From Octopus vulgaris (taxonomy: Eukaryota): a stretch of DNA of 64,000 nt. The stretch lies in the NCBI GenBank assembly GCA_951406725.2, contig OX597814.1, forward strand, positions 310,001 through 374,000, given 5' to 3'. Shown here one piece after another: positions 54,347-64,000 of the stretch. A program made the translations under genes and the position numbers. Under the pieces are notes generated by a model. That model made no database searches, was not told the origin of the DNA, and saw only the letters and a program-made list of their open reading frames with translations. Numbering within the stretch: the first letter of the stretch is position 1; each line of letters begins with the position of its first letter.

Positions 54347-55099
54347 CACACGCACACACACACACACATGGATCAAAACAGTTTGATTGAAACTCCTTGA
54401 TACTCTGAGTTTCACATGTCAGACTCCAATGGCCGAAGACTAGTGACACACTTGAAACTCAGAGTACCAAGGAGTGTGAATCAAACTGTTTTGATCCATG
54501 TGTGTGTGTGTGTCTTTGTGTGTGTCTTTGTGTCTGTATTTGTCACCCCCATTACTTCACAACTGGTCTTGGTTTGTTTACAACCCCATAACTTAACAGT
54601 TCAGCAACAGAAACCAATAAAATAAGAAGTAGGCTTTAAAAAAAGGGGGACATGTCGATTCATTCAACTGAAAATTCTTCAAAGCAGTGCTCCAGCATGG
54701 TCACAGTCTAATGACTGAAGCAAGTAAAAGATAAGAAGAGATGATAAGTTATCAGCTGTTCTTCCATAAAGGAATCAATGATAAAAGACCTTTGCTGACC
54801 CCTGATCTAAATCTTCTTAGAATCCCTACATTCTTTATCCATGTCTCACTGCCATACATTATACCTATTTCTTTACTACCCGCAAGGGGCTAAACACAGA
54901 GAGGACAAACAAGGACAGACAAACGGATTAAGTCGATTATATCGACCCCAGTGTGTAACTGGTACTTATTTAATCGACCCTGAAAGGATGAAAGGCAAAG
55001 TCGACCTTGGCAGAATTTGAACTCAGAACGTAACAGCAGATGAAATACAGCTAAGCGTTTCGCCCGGTGTGCTAACGTTTCTGCTAGTTCGCAGCCTTA

Positions 55100-55400
55100 C
55101 ATTATACCAATCTTTAGTCATGCTTCAGAAAACCCCTCTTTTTCCTTTGTTGTCATTGGAAACAATACCTTCCTTATCACACCTACTCCACTATCGCAAC
55201 ATACACCTGCCAAAGAAGCAACGCCTCTTTCCACCCCTTCTGCACCTTTCTTTTACTAAAGCCTCTGAACTATCACAGTATACACTTCCAACTTTAATTC
55301 AGTTACCTAGGTAACAGAGACCACCAACTACTTTCTTTGAACCAACTGAGCAGCAAGTGAACTTTACACAAAAGGCTCACCTCCTGCCATTTCAGCTTCG
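55100..55400 (-). mobile_element. Highly decayed RTE RT fragment
   Basis: EVVGGLCYLG motif (compare EVVDSFxYLG), stops in all frames. Confidence 0.45.
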
Positions 55401-55859
55401 GTGTATTTTCCTTGTCTGAAATTTTGATCATCAATTAGTCACAATTACATCACTGTTTCGTGTAATAATTGTTTATAGTGAATAAGAGCACCATACAAGT
55501 TTCTTCTTATCTGCTTCCTACTTTCATATGAAGCAAACACTTTAAACAAGACCAGGATATTACTCTCCCTCACTGTTACTAATTAGTTAGTCAATTTTGT
55601 CAGTGTCATATCGACCCTTAGGAATGATCTGCCATATATGGTGATGTGCATTTGTTGAAGAGCTACAGAAACCATCCACACACACACACACACACACGTG
55701 ACTTTCAGATAGAACTTATTTCTATATATCTGAGCTGTTCTATATGTTTTGTGTTATTCACATCTACAGAGGTTATGTATATTATAAGCATATACACATT
55801 TCAAAATGTTGAGCACTTATATGTGTGTGTATTTGTATAATGCGTGTGTTTGTGTGTGT

Positions 55860-56538
<679 letters not shown>

Positions 56539-56666
56539 ATAGAAAGTCACTATGAGGATATATAAAGCTCTTATAGGGATGGTCCCATCCAAGTTACACT
56601 GGTTTAATATATTATATTGTTAAGAGATATTTCTTGAATAAATATATTGTAAATATCAAACATCAT

Positions 56667-57526
56667 TAGGTAAGAAAATGGAGAGATTTGATGGATAGAA
56701 ATAAATTTATTAATTAATTAACATTGCCTACAATTGTTTCAGTTCACACAAATTACAAAACATATGTAATAAAATAAGTTTGCTTTTTGCAAATTGAGCA
56801 AAATATCATCAGGGCAAGAGGACATTAGGGAAGATTCATCTTTTATCGGTTTAGATCCACCAACAGACTAAGAAGATGAAGTGTGTTGAGTTATTTGCAT
56901 GTGTGTGCGTGTGCGTTTATTTTCATATTCATGAGCGAGGTCGTTGCTAGTGTCGCTGGATTGGCTCCTGTGCGGGTGGCACGTAAAAAACACCATTTGA
57001 GCATGGCCGTTGCCAGCAGCACCTGGCTGGCCCTCATGCCGGTGGCACATAAAAGCACCCACTACACTCATGGAGTGGTTGGCGTTAGGAAGGGCATCCA
57101 GCTGTAGAAACTCTGCCAGATCAGATTGGTGCAGCCATCTGGCTCGCCAGCCCTCAGGCAAACCATCCAACCCATGCCAGCATGGAAAGCGGACATTAAA
57201 TGAAAAAAATGATGATGATTTTAATATTTTTATATACTTTATTTTATTATTATTTTTGAATGAAAATATTACTGCACACACACACACACACAAATAACTC
57301 AACACACTTCATCTTCTTAGTCTGTTGGTGCATCTAAACCAATAAAAGATGAATCTTTCTTAAAGTCCTTTTGCCCTGATATTTTGTTCAATTTGCAAAA
57401 TGAAAAATTATTTTATTATATATGTTTTGTAATTTATATTGAGTGGGAATTGAAGCAATTGCAGGCAATGTTAATTAACTAATAAATTAATTTATATCCA
57501 TTAAATCTCTCCATTTTCTTACTTAG
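56667..57526. repeat. Local inverted duplication, ~230-bp arms (56667-56897 and 57291-57526), SINE-3 in the spacer
   Basis: The inner halves are near-identical (agactaagaagatgaagtgtgttgagttatttg); the outer halves are more diverged. Confidence 0.9.
56930..57215 (+). mobile_element. SINE-3 (RTE-type 3' end, (GAT)n tail)
   Basis: aagggcatccagctgtagaaactctgccagatcag...ccatgccagcatggaaagcggacattaaa. Other copies near 1485, 2690, 4190, 12255, 27175, 31845, 33860, 42140, 51370. Confidence 0.85.
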
Positions 57527-58252
57527 TAATATTATATATATATAAAGATAGATAGATAGATAGAAAGATAGATAGATACATACATACATACATATACATA
57601 CATATATATATATATACATACATGCATACACACTCACACACACATATATATAGGCATATTTATATATACATTTACACGCGCGTGCATGTGCATGTCTCTG
57701 TAATTACATACATAATGATTATTCTATATAGAGAAGGTAAATGCTAAGTTACGAAGAATAACAATGGTGTCTATAAATAGGTGTTTTTGTAGCTTGTAGC
57801 AAAGTCAATAATCGATGCCTCTTCCATAGATAATGGCATTGCTTAAATTTCACTGACACTTGGCTGATATTTGACACAGTAAGACTTCTTCAATGGGTTA
57901 CAGAACACTACAACTGCTCAGAGACACGGCTTCAATGGTGGATTATTAGAAGGAAATGCTATTGTGTTTAGTGGTGATGGCCATTAGATGAGGGAAGGAA
58001 GTGGGGAGTGTAAGAGCTGAAGTGGAATCACTGGCAAACTGTCTGAGAATGGAAGCATCATATAGGCGCAGTAGTGGCTTCTATGGTAAGAAGTTTGCTT
58101 CCTAAGCACATGGTTCCGGGTTCAGTCTCATTGCTTGGCACCTTGAGCAAGTGTCTTCTACTATAGCCTCAAGCCAATCAAAACCTTGTAAAGGAATTTG
58201 GTAGATAGAAACTGGGAGAAGCCCATCATGTGTGTGTGTGTGTGTGTGCTTC

Positions 58253-58764
58253 TGTAGCAAACCCTAGTGAAATTCCTCTCCATATTATATATATACACAA
58301 ATTTGAACGTAACAGATAACAGCTAACCTTTGGCCGCTGTTTGGACCTCGTTGTGTCCACCACTCTGATTGGTTGCCATTGGTACAATTAGTCTCTTACT
58401 CTATCACACGCCAATATGCAACCCAACCAATCGCAGCCTCCAAATAAATCACATGAGACAGTCTGTTCTAAACAACATTTGAGCCTACCATCAGCTATAA
58501 AAACTCACCTCCTACTAGTCTGGAGGTCTGTTGGTTTCAGACCTTCTAAGGCCTAACCACTGACGACATTGCAGTGACCTCCATCTTTGTCTCCACCATC
58601 ATGTCTCTCACCAATGTCGTCAACAACATCAACACAGCACCAACACATTGCACTGGTTCTAACATATTGCTGTTCGTGAGCTTTCCTCACCAGGTTTAAC
58701 AGCTAACATACAACCTGCGCAGATGCACGTAGGTATATGAATGAATGTACATCAACCACTTTCA
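58253..58764 (+). mobile_element. Possible solo LTR
   Basis: TG...CA ends, ccaatc box (about 58428), tataaaa (about 58497). No matching TSD seen. Confidence 0.35.
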
Positions 58765-58795
58765 TAGCAGAAAGGATTATTATTATTATTATTAT

Positions 58796-59100
58796 TCAGT
58801 AGTTTTATTTTTATAGCGTGCTTTCACTTCACTACCGAGCGCAGCTCTGTGTGCCTTGGGTATGTGCTGTGATTTGTTGTGATGCTCTGATGGTTATTGA
58901 ATGGAAAGTGTTCTGCATAGGATGTGTGCAGTGCCTAGTAGTGCAATTTTCTGTATGTTATATGTGTTTGTAAGTCCTGGTGTTTTTGTTATGTATTTGT
59001 CTGAATATTTTTTTATCATGCCTAATGCACCTACTATGATAGGAATTGTTTCTGTTTTCAGATTCCACATTCTAGTTACCTCTATTTCCAGGTCTTTGTA

Positions 59101-59102
<2 letters not shown>
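58796..59102 (-). mobile_element. Family A RLE LINE 3' fragment
   Basis: Reverse complement closely matches 46450-46760; flanked by (ATT)n. Confidence 0.9.
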
Positions 59103-59160
<58 letters not shown>

Positions 59161-59163
<3 letters not shown>

Positions 59164-59553
59164 TATGTTTGACTTTTGCTTTATATTTGTACAAGTTGGC
59201 TCCAAGTCTCACCCAGAGACCTCAAGAGACAACAGGTTGGAAGTTCGTATTGTTGTTATGCCTAGTGTGCCATATATTTGGTTTTGTATTTAGTGTTGTA
59301 CTAGTGAATGCCTAAAAAAAAAAAAAAACCAAAGTTATGTTTGTTTTAAAACTTGGGATTACATAGAAAGTATTTTGCGTAAGATTTGAGCAGTTCCCAT
59401 GAGCACTATCTTTTGAATTTCTGCCATTTTGGGGTTTCCTGGTATCTGAGTTAGGTAGCAATTAGCCCCTTTTGCTATCATTCCCAGGGCACCTATGACA
59501 ACAGGTATTGTTTTAGTCATTCCCAGGGCACCTATGACAACAGGTATTGTTTT

Positions 59554-59556
<3 letters not shown>
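59161..59556 (-). mobile_element. Family B RLE LINE 3' fragment with internal ~38-bp tandem duplication
   Basis: Homologous to 20834-21190; cattcccagggcacctatgacaacaggtattgttttagt occurs twice at 59480-59556. Confidence 0.88.
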
Positions 59557-59591
<35 letters not shown>

Positions 59592-59849
59592 CATTATAAT
59601 GGGCAGTGAGCTGGCAGAATTGTTAGCGCACCAGACATAATGCTTAGTGGCATTTTGCCTGTCGCCATGTTCTGAGTTCAAATTCAACCAAGGTCAACTT
59701 TACCTTTTATCCTTTCAGGGTCCATAGATTAAGTACCAGTGAGACACTGGGGTCACTATTATTGACTGATCCCTTCCCCAAAAATTTCAGGCCTTGTACC
59801 ATTAGTAGAAAGGATTATTGTTGTTGTGGTGATGGCATTAGTGACACTG

Positions 59850-60084
59850 TTAATCCTCCTTTAGCATTTAAATTTCCCGTATCCAACCCAAAGAGTCTAC
59901 CTGATTTATGTTCAAACTGGCCAGATCTCGCCTCTTGAACCTACCCTTCAATGTCATTCTAAAAAATATACCATCACATCATCGGAATTTCAAAGCTATG
60001 AGATAATGCAGGATTAATTAGAGACAATCTGGGTTAATAAGTAAATCACATTTGACCCAGTTATAGGAACGGTGAAGGGGGTAA
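59850..60084. mobile_element. Decayed piggyBac-type MITE (second family)
   Basis: ttaatcctcctttagcattt ... gaagggggtaa ends. Confidence 0.5.
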
Positions 60085-60576
60085 TGTTGTTATTGTTGCC
60101 ATGGTGATGTTATTGCTATTGTGATGATGCAGTTGCTGTTGTTCTTGTGATGATGATGGTGGTGGTGGTGCTGGTGCTGGTGCTGGTGGTGCTGGTGGTG
60201 GCGGCGGCAGCGGCGGGGGGGTGAGGATGCTAATGATGACTGCAGTGACAGGTTTTGTGGTGGCAGCAGCAGTGGCGGTGGTGGTGGTGGTGGTGGTGGT
60301 GGTGGTGGTGGTGGTGGTGGTGGTGGCAGTGGTGGTGTTATTAATGTTGCTCCTGTTGTTGTTGTCGTAATGGTGTGCTAAGTGTCAATCATGATTATAC
60401 TAGCCCCACACCATCCCCTCTGCCATCCTCTCCACCTTCCCCATCCTGTCAGTATTATTTAGCTGTTGATCAGGCAGGGCAGGATTAGTGGTTGTGGCTT
60501 AGTGGTTAGGGCTGAGATTCCATTGAACATTACATCTAAACCTGGAGTTGCTAGATATTATTATTATCATTATTAC

Positions 60577-60624
<48 letters not shown>

Positions 60625-60633
60625 TATTATTAT

Positions 60634-60933
60634 TCAGTAGTTTTATTTTTATAGCGTGCTTTCACTTCACTACCGAGCACAGCTCTGTGTGCCTTGGGTA
60701 TGTGCTGTGATTTGTTGTGATGCTCTGATGGTTATTGTATGGAAAGTGTTTTGCGTAGGATGTGTGCAGTGCCTAGTAGTGCAATTTTCTGTATGTTATA
60801 TGTGTTTGTAAGTCCTGGTGTTTTTGTTATGTATTTGTCTGAATATGTTTTTATCATGCCTAATGCACCTACTATGATAGGAATTGTTTCTGTTTTCAGA
60901 TTCTACATTCTGGTTACCTCTATTTCCAGGTCT
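60634..60933 (-). mobile_element. Family A RLE LINE 3' fragment (duplicate of 58796-59102)
   Basis: Near-identical sequence and almost the same truncation point. Confidence 0.9.
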
Positions 60934-60943
60934 ATTATTATTA

Positions 60944-60984
<41 letters not shown>

Positions 60985-61107
60985 ATTATTATTATTATTA
61001 TTATCATCATTATTATTATCATTATTATTATTATTGTTATTATTATCATTATTATTATTGTTGTTGTTATTATTATCATTATTATTATCATTATTATTAT
61101 TATTGTT

Positions 61108-61154
<47 letters not shown>

Positions 61155-61194
61155 TATTATCATCATCATCATCATCATCATTATTATTATTAAT

Positions 61195-61241
<47 letters not shown>

Positions 61242-61245
61242 TATT

Positions 61246-61280
<35 letters not shown>

Positions 61281-61294
61281 TATTATTATTATTA

Positions 61295-61390
61295 TTCTAT
61301 GTTTGACTTTTGCTTTATATTTGTACAAGTTGGCTCCAAGTCTCACCCAGAGACCTCAAGAGACAACAGGGTTGGAAGTTCATGTTGTTG
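61295..61390 (-). mobile_element. Family B RLE LINE 3' tip
   Basis: Matches the start of 59161 (ttctatgtttgacttttgctttatatttgtacaagttggctcc...). Confidence 0.85.
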
Positions 61391-61398
61391 AACTTATA

Positions 61399-61445
<47 letters not shown>

Positions 61446-61450
61446 CATCG

Positions 61451-61485
<35 letters not shown>

Positions 61486-61486
61486 A

Positions 61487-61962
61487 TTATTAATTTGGTT
61501 TGGCTCAGGTTCGGTCTTATTCCTGATAGGACTTATGTGAATAGCAGGTTGCTACCTGTAACCTTAGGTAGCCACAAGTTTTTAGCAGTCTTTCAAGTGC
61601 TTAGAACCCTCCTGATAATCCTTGCTGTACCTAAAAGACAAACTTTCTGTAGAAGCTCTACCAGGCGTCCTCTTCCAATTTCCTTCAGCCATTTGTCCAT
61701 ATCTTGCCTTACTGTTCCCAACGCACCAATTATTACAGGCACCACCATTATGGTTTGCATGCTTCAAATTCTTCCCTTTTCAAACATTAAGAGATTGTAT
61801 TTTTTTTTTGTTCCATTTTTCTTCCTGAAATCAAACTGGCATGAGGGGTCGATTAGTAAGCAACTTTGCTTTTCCTTATCTATAATTGTTACATTCGGTC
61901 AATTACTTTCTAAATTCTTGTCCGTTTGAAGAGGAAAATCTCACAAAATCTTACATTTCTCT
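61487..61962 (-). mobile_element. Decayed RLE LINE 3' fragment (family F)
   Basis: Broken frames give KIL.DF.LQTDK...CLLIDP.C and VVPVIIGALGTV...LQKVCLLGTARIIRRVL; (ATT)n flanks. Confidence 0.82.
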
Positions 61963-61996
61963 GACTCCAGTACTCTTTCAACTATTATTATTATTA

Positions 61997-62039
<43 letters not shown>

Positions 62040-62050
62040 CATCATCATCA

Positions 62051-62145
<95 letters not shown>

Positions 62146-62346
62146 GTTATTATTGTTGTTATTATTATTATTATTATCATTATTATTATCATTATTATTA
62201 TTATTATTACTATTATTATCATAATTATTATTATTATTATTGCCATTATTATTAAGGCAGTGAGCTGTTAGATGTGTTAGCCCACCATGGATTAACTTAA
62301 GGAGTCACAATTTAAGATTTAGGGATAGGACAAGAGTTGCGGTTAA

Positions 62347-62372
62347 GGGTAGGGTTAGGGTCAGGGTTAGGG
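62347..62372 (+). other. Telomere-like G-quadruplex-forming motif
   Basis: GGG-ta-GGG-tta-GGG-tca-GGG-tta-GGG. Confidence 0.6.
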
Positions 62373-63583
62373 TAAAGAAAAGGGGTTTGTGCAAGGGATT
62401 ATGTTCAAAGGTTAAAGATTAAGTCTGGTGTTACATTCAGATGTGTTGTAATTATTAGAGGAGGCAAAGGTAGGGGGTGGGGTAGATTTTTGACTTTATT
62501 TGTTTGAAATGTTATCGTATGCGATTAAATTGGGCTGTTATTGATTATGAGGGGGAAACAGGGGGTAATAGGAGATTGATCGATATAAAGAGGAGTAAGG
62601 TGGTTGGTTCTGTGAGAGGTGAAGTAGAAATAAAGAAGGGGAAGGAGAGCAAGAGAGAGGGAGAGAGAAAGGGGAGAGAGAAAGGAGGAAAGGAAAAAGG
62701 AGAAGAAAAAATGATTTTTTTAACAAAGGGGGAAAAAATCCTTGCCACCATCACCACCGGCGCCATCTCCATCATCATCATCATCATAACCACCATCTTG
62801 TTCATCTTCATCATCACCACCATCAGCATCACCAGCATCATCGTTCTACCTGCCTTCATTCCACCTCCACCGTCACCACCTCATCCCTACCCCCATAGCT
62901 GTTCAGTGGAAGTGTGTGTGTGTGCACGTGTGCACGTGTGTGTGTGTGCACGTGTGCACGTGTGTGTGTGTGCATATGCATATGGGTGTGCAGATATGTA
63001 TACATGTATGTGTTTGCACATGTGTGTATGTGCATGTGCATTCATGTATGTGCATGTTTATGCGTTTGTGCACGCGTGTGTATGTGACTGTTTTCTTATG
63101 TGAGTGTACGTGTGTATGCATGTGTGTGTATATGCACGTGTGTGTGTGTGTGTATACGAGCATGTAATATGATGCAAGTGAGTGTCAGATGAACGCGGAG
63201 GAAGTGGATCACTTAACTTTAAAGAATGCTTTAAGTGATTGCACTTTTGACTGCATCAGCTGCACTACTGCACCAGTTGCATCTCACAAACACTTCAGGT
63301 AATGCCGCACTTATTATAATCCCTTAAATATATTCACACAGAGTTGAAATGCTGTTTGATTTATTTTTTCAGCGTACAATTTTTATCATCCCACTACCAA
63401 GTATGACATCACCTCTTCCTTCCTTATTCATCTATCACCCCTTCCTTTCTCATTCATAAACACAAGAGTATTATTATAATACATACATACATATACATAT
63501 ATGGTCGCAGTCAAATAACTGAAATAAGTAAAAGGATACATATATATATATATATATATAATATATATAACAACATATATGTG

Positions 63584-63658
<75 letters not shown>

Positions 63659-63659
63659 T

Positions 63660-63800
63660 TTAGTTCTATATTTAAGAGGTGAGGAATTATGTGCATTATT
63701 TACATCTGACGGATATTTTCGGCTGATATACCCTCCAGCTTTCATCAGGTGTCTTGGGGAAATTTTGAACGTGGGTTCTCATTCTCATTCTCAGTAGCCA
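63660..63800 (-). mobile_element. Penelope-type 3' terminal fragment with hammerhead-like core
   Basis: CTGATGA-aa-GCTG-gagggtatat-CAGC-c-GAAA at 63748-63717; downstream atatccgtcagatgtaaataatgcacataatt is shared with 19617-19670. Confidence 0.6.
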
Positions 63801-64000
63801 TGGGAGCTATGAGAAAAATACAAACCCCAGAATCACCACTGGACCGTTCTACACATCAGTGTAATTTTATTGAATAAATAGGGACCACCACAGAAAGTGT
63901 CAGCTCCATTGGTTTGTTATATTATCCAGTTATGACCACCCGTTCTAACTTTTGAGGCATCTTGTAACTTTTGTTTATTTCAGCCATTTAGACTGTGGCC

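Noticed and set aside
55357-55405. Minus-strand exon (QGKYTEAEMAG|gtgag) that could splice to the 53996 exon
   Set aside because: Lies in or beside a decayed RTE RT fragment; the apparent sites are probably chance.

Overview
Eukaryotic genomic DNA, very probably from an octopus. This is inferred from AT-richness, extreme microsatellite density and several high-copy tRNA-type and RTE-tailed SINE families; I could not confirm the species. Almost all long ORFs in the supplied track are microsatellite artefacts. One complete, phase-consistent gene can be assembled on the minus strand from five coding exons: 23979-23892, 19976-19750, 18289-18160, 12938-12771 and 10081-9978. It encodes an uncharacterised ~238-aa type I membrane protein with a signal peptide, a six-cysteine CUB-like ectodomain, an Ile-rich transmembrane helix, a Cys-rich juxtamembrane patch, and a short tail carrying both PSAP (made by a splice junction) and PPPY motifs. 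A probable non-coding first exon ends at 28126, next to a nested palindrome with four TGACAG sites. The probable 3' UTR contains several fold-back elements. A probable orphan terminal exon (53996-53836) and three weaker exon candidates suggest neighbouring genes. The rest is mobile DNA and repeats: at least six distinct restriction-endonuclease (R4/Dong-like) LINE fragments in microsatellites, Penelope remnants with an inverted 300-bp repeat and hammerhead-like cores, CR1/L2 and RTE fragments, a decayed Tc1/mariner, hAT and piggyBac-type MITEs, a 34-bp minisatellite, a 2.4-kb (ATT)n array and local inverted and tandem duplications. No CRISPR, rRNA or genuine tRNA gene was found. Repeat coordinates are approximate (about +/-10-20 nt); exon coordinates were counted by hand.
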